Source: an uncultured Chloroflexia bacterium
GTDB lineage: Bacteria > Chloroflexota > Anaerolineae > CG2-30-64-16
Length of the DNA stretch: 64,000 nucleotides
Assembly (NCBI GenBank): GCA_963774265.1
Contig: CAVZDU010000007.1
Span: 480,001 to 544,000 of the forward strand
Reading direction: 5' to 3'
Part shown: piece after piece, positions 19,908 to 29,226 of the stretch
How positions within the stretch are numbered: the first letter of the stretch is position 1
Layout of the letters: every line of letters begins with the position of its first letter
Made by a program: the position numbers and the translations under genes
The notes under the pieces: model-generated
Seen by the model: only the letters and a program-made list of their open reading frames with translations
Database searches by the model: none
What the model was told of the DNA's origin: nothing

Positions 19908-20859
19908 CTTCCCTGTCCAAATGCTTCATCTCGAGCGCCAGGTGCTCGTCTATCACGAGCGCGGTCATCAGCCCGGCGCGGCAGGCGCCCAGAAAGGCGC
20001 GTGCTTTCTCGACGCCCGTGCCCACTGCCAGCACAGCAGGAATGTTCCTGAAGTCGTTCAGCAGCAAGGCCACTGTCCGCTCCCGGTTCCACGAATCCAA
20101 CAGGTTGCCCTCGATATCGAAGAACTGGGCGCAAGTCTCGCCGACTGCACCCAGGCCCAGGAGATAACGGGTGTCTTCCACCGACACGATGCCCGCGCTG
20201 CTGGCATACCGTGCCTGCTCCATGCTGAGCTCGGGCGTCACGGCTGCGATGCCGATGCAGGCCAGGCTGGCGTTCCGGGCTTTCTCCAGCGTGTCCCGGA
20301 TGCTCTCCTCGGCCAGCAGGGTTTGCCGCACGTGGTCATCCGAGACGAAAGAGGGGGCAAAGAGCGCGCCGGCCTGCGCATCCCAGCGCAGCGCAATCGC
20401 ACGTGCGACCTCGTTGGCGCCGATCGCAGATTGCCCCACCCAGCCCCCCATGGCGGGCAGGACCGCCAGGCCGGGGCGATGGGCGGGCCGTAGTTGGCGG
20501 GCCAGGGCGGTCAGCGTGCGACCGCCGGCTACGGTCACTGCGCCGCGGGCCGGCGCCACCCGTTCCACATAGGCTGCGCCCGCCTGCGCCACGGCTTCCA
20601 GCGCGTCCTGACCCCCCGCGGGAGCCGGCACGACCGCCACATAGGCCAGTCGGAAGCGCTTGCGCAGCCAGGATTCGAGCTGGAAGGCGCCCTCCGAGGG
20701 ACCGACCACCACGGTGCGCACCCAACCCCGCTCGCGGGCCAGCTTGAGAGCCCGGGAGACCGTAGAAGTGGAAACCGACAGGTCGCGCGCGATGGCTTCC
20801 TGAGGCATATTGTCCTCGAAGTGGCGCCGCGCCATGTCGAGTATCTGTTCGGTCTTCAC
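19891..20859 (-). CDS. SorC/DeoR family sugar-binding transcriptional regulator
   Basis: HTH QEAIARDLSVSTSTVSRAL; GAVGE...FFDIEG; KARAFLGACRAG; probable GTG start. Confidence 0.88.
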   Translation of the reverse strand: MKTEQILDMARRHFEDNMPQEAIARDLSVSTSTVSRALKLARERGWVRTVVVGPSEGAFQLESWLRKRFRLAYVAVVPAPAGGQDALEAVAQAGAAYVERVAPARGAVTVAGGRTLTALARQLRPAHRPGLAVLPAMGGWVGQSAIGANEVARAIALRWDAQAGALFAPSFVSDDHVRQTLLAEESIRDTLEKARNASLACIGIAAVTPELSMEQARYASSAGIVSVEDTRYLLGLGAVGETCAQFFDIEGNLLDSWNRERTVALLLNDFRNIPAVLAVGTGVEKARAFLGACRAGLMTALVIDEHLALEMKHLDREDDNLC

Positions 20860-20881
20860 GCGATCTTCCCCGGGGACGGAG

Positions 20882-20943
20882 TTGACAAGAAATTGCAGGT
20901 CTGCAATAATGTGCATTGTAATCTCCTTGACGCTAATTGTCAA
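20882..20943. promoter_or_regulatory. Divergent promoter region with palindromic operator
   Basis: TTGACA-17-AATAAT; TTGAC-N7-GTCAA palindrome; AT-rich. Confidence 0.55.
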
Positions 20944-20967
20944 ATCACCCCGAATCCAGGAGGAGAG

Positions 20968-21954
20968 ATGGCAGCCAAACCCTACGCTGTCGGCCTTGAC
21001 ATTGGCGGCACCAAGATCGCGGCGGGCCTGCTCGATGCGGCGGGCAACATCGTTGCACGCCACAGAACCCGGGGCCACGCGGGCCAGCCCCCCGAGGTGG
21101 TGATCGACGCGACCGTGCAGGTCTTCGAGGAGTTGCTGCGCCACGCCGGAGTACGGCCTGGGGAGATCTGCGGGGTGGGAACGGGCGTCACCGGCCACGT
21201 GCATGGGGAGGCCGGGGTGGTGCTGACCAGCAGCAACCTGCCGGCGTGGGACATGCACCCCCTGCGCGATCGTCTCGCTGACTGCCTGGGTCTTCCGGTG
21301 ATCCTGGAGAACGATGCCAACTGCAGCGCGTGGGGGGAGTATTGTTTCGGGGCTGGCCGCGGCTCGCGCTTCATGACCTACGTCACCTTCAGCACGGGCG
21401 TAGGCATGGGCATTATCCTGGAAGGCCGGCTGCTGCGCGGCGCGACCGGCACGGCCGGTGAGATTGGCCACGCGGTGGTGGATGTCAACGGTCCCCTCTG
21501 CAGCTGCGGCAAGCGCGGGTGCGTCATGAGCTACGCCTCCGGCCTTGCCATCAGCCGCATGACTTGCGAGCGCGTGGCCAGCGACGACCCCACGCTCCTG
21601 CACGACCTTTGCGGCACAGAGGCCGAGCATATCAGCGGTGAGGTGGTGGCCGAAGCCGCCCGGCGCGGTGACCCGGCGGCGCTCGAGATCCTTGAGACGG
21701 CTGGTTATTACCTCGGGGTCGGCCTGTCGACGGTGGTGCAGGTCCTCAACCCGGACCGCATCGTGCTGGGCGGCGGCCTGCTCAGCGCCCGAGACCTGTT
21801 CATGGGAGCCTGCATGCGCGGCCTGAACGAGAACATCCATCCGGTCCTGCGTGGGTCGGCCGAGATTGTGTTCAACACACTGGGTGAGGACAGCGGCATC
21901 ATGGGCGCCGCACAGATGGCGCGGACGGCAGACCTGCAGCCGAGAAAGGGGTGA
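20968..21954 (+). CDS. ROK family sugar kinase
   Basis: GLDIGGTK, ENDAN, STGVG.G, GEIGH, CSCGKRGC. Confidence 0.93.
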   Translation: MAAKPYAVGLDIGGTKIAAGLLDAAGNIVARHRTRGHAGQPPEVVIDATVQVFEELLRHAGVRPGEICGVGTGVTGHVHGEAGVVLTSSNLPAWDMHPLRDRLADCLGLPVILENDANCSAWGEYCFGAGRGSRFMTYVTFSTGVGMGIILEGRLLRGATGTAGEIGHAVVDVNGPLCSCGKRGCVMSYASGLAISRMTCERVASDDPTLLHDLCGTEAEHISGEVVAEAARRGDPAALEILETAGYYLGVGLSTVVQVLNPDRIVLGGGLLSARDLFMGACMRGLNENIHPVLRGSAEIVFNTLGEDSGIMGAAQMARTADLQPRKG

Positions 21955-21962
21955 AGATAACC

Positions 21963-23066
21963 ATGTCCCGCGAGAGCCTTGTATTCGTTGGCACGTACAC
22001 CGAGCCAATCCGTTTTGGAACCGGCCAGATCCTTGAGGGGAAGGGCAAGGGTATCTACGTCTATCGGTTCGATGCTGATACAGGATCGCTCGAACCGTTC
22101 AGCCTGACTGAGGGGGTGCGAAACCCGTCCTTCGTGGCCGTCCATCCCTCTCGTCGCTTCCTGTATGCTGTCAACGAGATGAAGGAATTCGAAGGCCAGG
22201 CAAGCGGAGCAATCAGCGCCTTTGCGCTCGAACAGGCGACCGGGCGCTTGACGTTTCTGAACCAGAAGCCCACCCATGGGACGGACCCCTGCCACGTGAT
22301 CGTCGATCCCACCGGTCGATGGGTGCTCGTGGCCAATTACTCCAGCGGGAGCGTGTGCGTCCTGCCGATCCACACGGACGGCTCCCTGGGTGATGCCAGT
22401 CATGTCGTACGGCACCAGGGATCGAGTGTGGATCCGGTGCGGCAGACGGGGCCACATGCCCATGGCGTCACCTTCGACGCAAGCGGGCGCTTCGGTTTTG
22501 TGCCTGACCTGGGCATGGACAAGGTGATGCTCTATGAATTTGACACCCTGGCCGGCGCCTTGAAACCATGTGCCACACCCTGGGTCCAGACGCGGCCGGG
22601 CGCCGGCCCGCGCCAGCTGGTGATGCATCCTCAAGGGCGGTATGCCTATCTCATCAACGAGCTTGACTCAACGATCACGGCCTTCGGAACCGACGCCGTG
22701 GGCAGCCTCCGAGAGATCCAGACAGTCTCGACGCTCCCCCATGACTTTACTGGGAGCAGCTCAGGCGCGACGGTGCAGGTCTCTCCCCAGGGAGATTACC
22801 TCTACGGCTCCAATCGTGGCGCTGACTCGATCGTAATCTATGCGATCGATCAGACAGAGGGCACACTCACCTGTATCGGCCATGAGAGTACGCGGGGGCG
22901 TGTCCCCCGGAACTTCACTGTGGATCCAAGCGGTGAGTGGCTGCTCGTCGCCAACCAGCATTCGGACAATATCGTGGTGTTCCGCGTGGATCGACCTTCG
23001 GGTGGGCTCGTGGCGACCGGTGATGGCGCGGCAGTCCCTGCACCCGTGTGCGTCGTTTTTCTGTGA
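21963..23066 (+). CDS. 6-phosphogluconolactonase family lactonase
   Basis: VGTYT, NPSF, VANY, GPHAH, PDLG, GAGPR, SNRG, PRNF, ANQ. Confidence 0.92.
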   Translation: MSRESLVFVGTYTEPIRFGTGQILEGKGKGIYVYRFDADTGSLEPFSLTEGVRNPSFVAVHPSRRFLYAVNEMKEFEGQASGAISAFALEQATGRLTFLNQKPTHGTDPCHVIVDPTGRWVLVANYSSGSVCVLPIHTDGSLGDASHVVRHQGSSVDPVRQTGPHAHGVTFDASGRFGFVPDLGMDKVMLYEFDTLAGALKPCATPWVQTRPGAGPRQLVMHPQGRYAYLINELDSTITAFGTDAVGSLREIQTVSTLPHDFTGSSSGATVQVSPQGDYLYGSNRGADSIVIYAIDQTEGTLTCIGHESTRGRVPRNFTVDPSGEWLLVANQHSDNIVVFRVDRPSGGLVATGDGAAVPAPVCVVFL

Positions 23067-23094
23067 GCCTGCAGCCGAAGGCACGAGAGGACCG

Positions 23095-24108
23095 ATGATG
23101 AACGAAGAGACCGCGCGCCGGAACCTGCTGGCCGATGTGGCGGCTATGTATTACCTAAAGCAGATGACTCAGGGCGAGATCGCGGACTCCCTGGGTTTGT
23201 CCCGGATCAAGGTGCACCGGCTCCTCAAGGAAGCCCGGGATGAAAATATCGTCGAGATCACGATCCATCGCGCGCTCCCGCGCCATGACCGGTTCGAAGA
23301 GGGACTGAAGGAGCGGTTCGGGCTGCGCGAGGCGCTGGTCCTGGACACCGCCGGGCTGAATGAGGCGGAGACCGGCCGCGGCCTTGGCGAGATCACGGCC
23401 AGCTACCTGGAAGGGCTGCTGGCGCCGGATTCCACCATTGCCCTCTGTCTCGGGCGTTCGACCTACGAAGTCGTCCAGGCGATCCGTCCCCGCCTGCGCA
23501 GCAGCGTGCGCGTGGCCCAGGCCTCCGGCAGCATCTCCTTCGCGGTGCGGGACCTGGATAGCATGACTGTGGTCCGCCAGCTGGCCAACAAGCTGGGCGG
23601 CGAGGTGCTCTACCTGCCCTCACCCATGGTCGCCGACAGCCCGGAAGGCGCAGCGGTGCTGCGCCGCCAGCGTGATATCGAGCGGACCCTGGCTGCGGCT
23701 GCGTCGGCCGACCTGGCCTTGCTGGGCATAGGCAACCTCGATAGCTTCCGGACGCACCTGATGAGTGCGGCGGGGCTGGATCCTTCGGAAGTCGAGGCCA
23801 TGAAACAGGCCGGGGCCATCGGCGATATGGCCGGCCAGGTGATCACCGTTGAAGGCAAAGTCTATCCGAGCGACCTGGCGGAACGCCTCATAGGACTGAG
23901 CCTGGAAGACTTGAGGCGCATTCCCATCGTGATTGCGGTTGCATTTGGCCTCGCCAAGGCAGCCGCAATCCTGGGCGCCCTGCGCACGGGCGCCATCGAT
24001 GTGCTAGCCACTGATGATGGCGCAGCCGGCGAGATTTTGAGGCTGGAGGGGGCTGCGCACAGGAAAGGTGATGCGGGAACGGCCCGTCCATTCACCCACC
24101 CCCTTTGA
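23095..24108 (+). CDS. SorC family sugar-binding transcriptional regulator
   Basis: AMYYLKQMTQGEIADSLGLSRIKV.RLL; AILGALRTG.IDVLATD. Confidence 0.92.
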   Translation: MMNEETARRNLLADVAAMYYLKQMTQGEIADSLGLSRIKVHRLLKEARDENIVEITIHRALPRHDRFEEGLKERFGLREALVLDTAGLNEAETGRGLGEITASYLEGLLAPDSTIALCLGRSTYEVVQAIRPRLRSSVRVAQASGSISFAVRDLDSMTVVRQLANKLGGEVLYLPSPMVADSPEGAAVLRRQRDIERTLAAAASADLALLGIGNLDSFRTHLMSAAGLDPSEVEAMKQAGAIGDMAGQVITVEGKVYPSDLAERLIGLSLEDLRRIPIVIAVAFGLAKAAAILGALRTGAIDVLATDDGAAGEILRLEGAAHRKGDAGTARPFTHPL

Positions 24109-24179
24109 GGAGTCTTTCGCGGCGGCTGACGCGCTGAACACCGAATGGTCCTGGCATCGGGACCTGGCCGGCGGGCTTT

Positions 24180-25786
24180 TCAGGCCTGCTCCTGGAATGT
24201 CAGGACAAAACACACGTGGTGGTTCCAGGGCAGCCCCATGCCGGCCACGACATCCGCGACTGCTCCGTCGGCAGTCGCAAACATGATGCCGTTCTTCAGC
24301 TGCGGGTCGAAGTTGACGAACATGGGCATGTTCGCCTCGCCGCGTTCATCGGTGGTCGCGAACACCGGGACTCATCTGCCTGTCGCCCCACCCAATCTGC
24401 CACGAACCTGACTCCCGCTGCAGGCGCGCCATTCCCCCGCAGAGCCTTGACATAAATGTGGTGCTTGCCCTCGGATTGCGTATCGTCCCGATATTCGGCC
24501 TGGATCAGCCGCCATCTCATGCCCGCGGGTGCGCTTTGCAGGCGCACGCCCAGGTCATCCAGGCGGGGGTCCCACTTGAGGCCGACCGGCTGGGGCTCGG
24601 TCGCCGGACCGGGGTCGGGGATTGGGTCCGGGTTGGGCGCCGGATGCGGATCGGGCTGCACGTCGATCGGCGCAGGCGCGGCGCCCTCCCACGAGAACCG
24701 CCGCACGAATTCGGGGATGGATTGCATCGCCTCGATGGTCTGGTCGAGCTTCCCGGTCGGAGACAGGCTGTTGCCCCACCAGTTTTGGGCCGCGAAAGTC
24801 CACGACCCTGCGATCCAGGACGTGATGCTGAACAGATAGTCCGGCGTCGGCTCGCCGTTGGAGAGCACCCCCGTCCGCAGCCAGTCATACATCTCCTTGT
24901 GGTACTGCGCGTGCAGCGGCCATTCCACCTTAGGGTAGTGCTTGTCTTCGTCGTTGTACAGCCACCAGCCGCCCTCGCCGCCGATGATGGGCAGCACGAA
25001 GCCCAGCCTCTCCTGCATCCAGGCCGCGTGCGCCAGGAATTTCAGCGCGCCGATGTGATCCTGCAGGATCGTCATGCCCGGGTGTTCCCCTTGCTTGATT
25101 GCGTCATAGGGGTAGGCCGGCGGGTGATTCTGGCCGTAATTATGATGGACAAAGAACGCCCGATCCCAGATGTGCTGCTGCCCGTTCCTGGCCACGGCGT
25201 CCACCGCTTCATCGAAACCGAAGCGATCCAGCACCTGAATGCCCACATAGCCGCCCGCGGCGACGATGCTCGGCGCCTCTCTCGCCCATGTCTCACCGAA
25301 TCGCCGCGCCCAGTCCCCGGGAAGCGCCCCGTCCGTCCACTCGCGCAAATCCTCTGGCTCGTTGTACAGCTGCACGTAGAGCGGTTCGGGTTCGCCGCCC
25401 CAGCCCGTGGCTTGCCACGCCCGGCGCAGGCCGTGCACGAACTGCGCCGGGTCAACGGATTCATCGACCTGTCGACCGATGCGTACGACGGGCATTATGC
25501 CGGCGGCGAAACAAGCGCGGCCTGCGCGTTCTGTCTGGAGCTCGTCCTGTGCGTAGATCAACGTCCACGTCGCCCGGATCGCTTTCAGGTTCTCCACGGT
25601 TTCGGCAATGAAGTGGTCGCGCAGGTCCAGGTGAAAGTGCAGGCCGATGCCATTGTCGCGCGGCGGTCGCGGGTAGCGGCGCAAACGGTGTACGTTGTCT
25701 TCGTCGAGGGCCACGGTGGGCGGTCGAAGAGCGGCCGGCCGTGGAGCGTCCGTATCACGCGGGAGAGGGAGGTGGTTGAGCGACAT
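24180..25786 (-). CDS. Hypothetical protein with GH-like barrel, Pro-rich linker and C-terminal domain; frameshift near 24365
   Basis: QLYNEPE, HHNY, IIGGEGG; PDP-rich linker; WDPRLDDLGV...GMGLPWNHHV. Confidence 0.7.
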
Positions 25787-25880
25787 GGGTCCTCCTTTCG
25801 AGAGTGTATCTATTGCTACACTACTTGCATCTGACTCAATGTAGAATCATTGTAACGCAATTGAGCATGAGGAGAGTGTG

Positions 25881-26837
25881 ATGCAGCCATCGGTTCATGG
25901 AATTCACCACGTCACCGCGATTGCCGGTGATCCACAGGAAAACCTTGACTTTTACGTGGGCGTGATGGGGCTTCGGTTGGTCAAGAAATCGGTCAACCAG
26001 GATGTCACCAACACCTACCATCTGTTTTACGCGGACGAAAAGGGCACGCCGGGAACGGATCTGACGTTCTTTCCCTGGCCCGACATGGGCCCTGCGCGGC
26101 TGGGTGTGGGCTTCACGGTAGAAGTCTCATTCGCCGCGCCGCCCGGCAGCCTGCCATACTGGCGCGACCGCTTGAGCCGTGCAGGCGTGGATCTGGCCCG
26201 GGAGGAGACGCGCTTCGGTGAAACGGTCCTGCCATTCCGCGATCCGCATGGGCTCCCGCTTGCGCTTGTTGCAACGAAGGCGGAGCGGCCCTTCAGGGTC
26301 TGGGAGGAAAGCCCGGTGCCGGTGACCTACCAGGTGCGCGGCATGCACTCGGTTCGCCTCTGGGAGCGCGATCTGGGCGCGACCGAGGCGCTGCTCACGC
26401 GGGTGATGGGCTTCGAGTCGCGGGGGGCGGAGGACGGCTGGCTGCGTTTTGCCGTGGATGGCGGCGCGCCCGGTGGGCTGATCGACATCAAGGCGATGCC
26501 CGGTGAGCGACGCGGCCAGTGGGGCACGGGCGGGGTGCATCACGTCGCATGGCGCGTGGCGGACGATGCCGAAGAAATGGCGTTGCGCGGGAAGATCGAG
26601 GCCGTCGGGCTGAGCCCCACGCCTCAGATCGATCGTTTTTGGTTCCGCTCGGTCTACTTCCGCGAGCCCGGCGGCGTGCTCTTCGAGCTGGCGACCGATG
26701 GACCCGGCTTCGCCCACGATGAGGACCAGGCGCACCTGGGCGAGCAGTTGATCCTGCCGCCGTGGCTGGAGGGGCAGCGCGGAGGGATCGAGCGGTCGCT
26801 GCAGCCGCTGACTGCGCCGCGCGTGCTGGTCGCGTAA
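25881..26837 (+). CDS. Ring-cleaving dioxygenase / glyoxalase (MhqO-like)
   Basis: GIHHVTAI, LVKKSVNQD, GVHHVAW, DRFWFRSVYFREPGGVLFELAT. Confidence 0.93.
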   Translation: MQPSVHGIHHVTAIAGDPQENLDFYVGVMGLRLVKKSVNQDVTNTYHLFYADEKGTPGTDLTFFPWPDMGPARLGVGFTVEVSFAAPPGSLPYWRDRLSRAGVDLAREETRFGETVLPFRDPHGLPLALVATKAERPFRVWEESPVPVTYQVRGMHSVRLWERDLGATEALLTRVMGFESRGAEDGWLRFAVDGGAPGGLIDIKAMPGERRGQWGTGGVHHVAWRVADDAEEMALRGKIEAVGLSPTPQIDRFWFRSVYFREPGGVLFELATDGPGFAHDEDQAHLGEQLILPPWLEGQRGGIERSLQPLTAPRVLVA

Positions 26838-26876
26838 AGGAAGATTGAAGTATGCGCCCTTACGGAGCCTTATCCG

Positions 26877-27929
26877 ATGATTGACCGCCACGACCTTCTT
26901 AGCCGCATGCGTGAAGCGTTGGCCGACCTCTACGACGACCCGAGGAGCGCGAGACGCGTCGTAGATGATGCCGGCCTCGACGCAGCCCGGATCGAACGCG
27001 CCGACCGCGTGGTTAACTTCTGGCACAGCATCCTGCGAGAGGCCGAGCGCCAGGGAAAGATGGATGAGCTGCTGGCGCTGGCGATCAAGGAGTATCCGGC
27101 ACGTACCGATCTGGCGGCCCTGCGCGAAGAGTATCGCACCCTGAGCGTAGCCAGGAAGGAACCGCCACCCACGCCGCGCGAGCCGGAGCCAGCGCAGCCG
27201 CGAGCGCAGACGTCGGAGCGCACGCTGCCGCGCACGCCGCCGCGCACGATCGAGCGCGTACCGAAGCCGGCGCCGAGGTTGTCGTGGCTGTGGCTGGCAG
27301 CGGGCCTGGTGATCGTGGCGGTCGTGGTCGTGCTGGCCACCCGTCGCGGCACGCTCAACGCGACGCCCACGAACACAAATGCGGTGACCGCCCTAGCGAC
27401 GCGGACACTCGTTCCCGCCGCGGCCCGGCCGGCGACCGATCTTCCGGCGGCCGCCGCCGCTCCATCCGTGGCGCCGGCCGCTCCATCCCCAGCGTCAACC
27501 GCCGCCCCGCAAGCAGGACTTCCGGAGTGCTTCGAGGGGTATTTCGGCGGAGTGACCAGTGCCAGAGTGACCACCCTGGAGCCAGGAACGAACGATTTTG
27601 ACCTGACCGGGGTGGACTTGAAAGTGGCGGAGCCGATTGGGTTCATGTTCACCCTGAATGACCAGCCCATTGGAGCGATGAGATTCAGATTCGTGAAGGC
27701 CAACCAGTTCTTCAGGATTGAGAGTGTTGTCGATTCTCGATGCGAGAAGATCGAGGGTTACCTGAACGCATCCCGGGGCGGGGACAAGAACGTCCTCCAA
27801 CAGTGGGATACGTTGCAGCTGACTCTCGACAACCAGGCCTACGCGTTGCAGATGGGTGTATGGGCTCCCGAGGACGCTCCTGACAAAGGACTCATCCGAG
27901 TAGATTTCGGAGAGCCGGCGCCTCCCTGA
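26877..27929 (+). CDS. EAD1 (effector-associated domain 1) single-pass membrane protein
   Basis: N-terminal LADLY..ARRVVDDAGLD..I....FWHSILREAE.QG..DELL..A..EYP; Pro-rich linker; TM WLWLAAGLVIVAVVVVLA; C-terminal domain with two Cys. Confidence 0.72.
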   Translation: MIDRHDLLSRMREALADLYDDPRSARRVVDDAGLDAARIERADRVVNFWHSILREAERQGKMDELLALAIKEYPARTDLAALREEYRTLSVARKEPPPTPREPEPAQPRAQTSERTLPRTPPRTIERVPKPAPRLSWLWLAAGLVIVAVVVVLATRRGTLNATPTNTNAVTALATRTLVPAAARPATDLPAAAAAPSVAPAAPSPASTAAPQAGLPECFEGYFGGVTSARVTTLEPGTNDFDLTGVDLKVAEPIGFMFTLNDQPIGAMRFRFVKANQFFRIESVVDSRCEKIEGYLNASRGGDKNVLQQWDTLQLTLDNQAYALQMGVWAPEDAPDKGLIRVDFGEPAPP

Positions 27930-28080
27930 TCGACTGCTGTTTGGCGCGACGGCTGGACCACGTGCGCGCCGGCCACCAGGACCCGCGCGCAACCAAGTAT
28001 GCGGCGCATCTCAGGATACGGCGCTGCAATGTAGAACCGGCATCCAGGCCACAGAGGGCGCCTCTTCATGCTCCAACCGC

Positions 28081-28913
28081 TCACTGCGCCGGCGTGATTA
28101 GCACGTCGTCCACGTAGCGGATGGAAGCCGCGTTGGGATCGCTGCTCCACATCTCAATCCATGGGCGCAGATTCGTGGCTGCTTTCAGCGCGGTGGCATC
28201 GTTCGGCGTGTGGGTACCGATCAGTGTCCCGTCAACGTAAAAGCGCAGCCCCATCGTGGTAGGGTTGGCCTCGAGGCGCACGGTCCGCCATGTGTCGTAG
28301 TCGACCGGCATCGCTTTGGTGGTGTACTCATCATACCAGGAGTCGCCGGCTTTACTCCTGACACGGCACCGAATAGATGCCTGCGGTTCGGTTGGATGCC
28401 CTACTAGTTGGCAATTGGTGATCCACTCACGTCCGGCAATATCCGGCGAGTAAATGTGGAGGCCGTGGCATCCCATTTCGAAACACGGTTCGCGCCTTCG
28501 GCGATCCAGTCGCCCGCCTGACCGATGGACAGGAGGAAATCGCCGCTCGATGTGAATTTCATCATACGGTGCCCGGATTGCTCGGTAATGTAAACGTTAC
28601 CGGATGAGTCAACCGTGATGCCCCACGGCCGGAACAGGTGATCGTTGTCAGCCAGGTAGGGCACGCGCGTCTCCCCGTACGTCCGCACGTACCGGTAGCT
28701 CAGCCCAGGCTGGCCAAGGTCGACCGCTGCACTTGCGGGTGCGGTCGCAGGCTGCACGAACGGCCCGGCGACCGGATCCCGCCAGGCCTCGGCAGTGGGA
28801 GTGTCATTGGCTTGACCGGGCCGATAATCCGATTCGGGTGGCTGGGCCGATACGGTCAGGAACGAGGCAAGGACGAGCACGATGATGAGGATGAACAGCG
28901 TGGCAGACTTCAT
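28081..28913 (-). pseudogene. Internally deleted secreted NHL-repeat protein
   Basis: Signal peptide and one NHL repeat (PWGITVDSSGNVYI) joined out of frame to a beta-sandwich C-terminus. Confidence 0.6.
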
Positions 28914-29226
28914 GTAGCAGATCCCGGAGCTGAGTGGATAACGCACGGGCTAGGCAATGATGAGTCAGCGGTCGGCAGCCATTTAGATGACGACGTTTGT
29001 GCGAAGAATCACTATTCCGAACGCACTGCGCGCTCTTCACCACCGTCTACTTGGCACGACTAACGCCCTACTCCCACGATCTCGTCACAGCAAACCGTAG
29101 ACTGATGCTTTTGTGTGTGCGCCTACCCGCAAGTACCCTGGCAGTCGAACTCAAATGGTGGCGCCGCAGCAAGGGCGGGCGTGACACGGTGCAACCGCGG
29201 CTCGCCCCCCTGGAAACGCCAAAGAA

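Noticed and set aside
19891-22008. 705-aa ORF as a long regulator
   Set aside because: The N-terminal half is the antisense shadow of the ROK kinase; SorC similarity starts near 20859.
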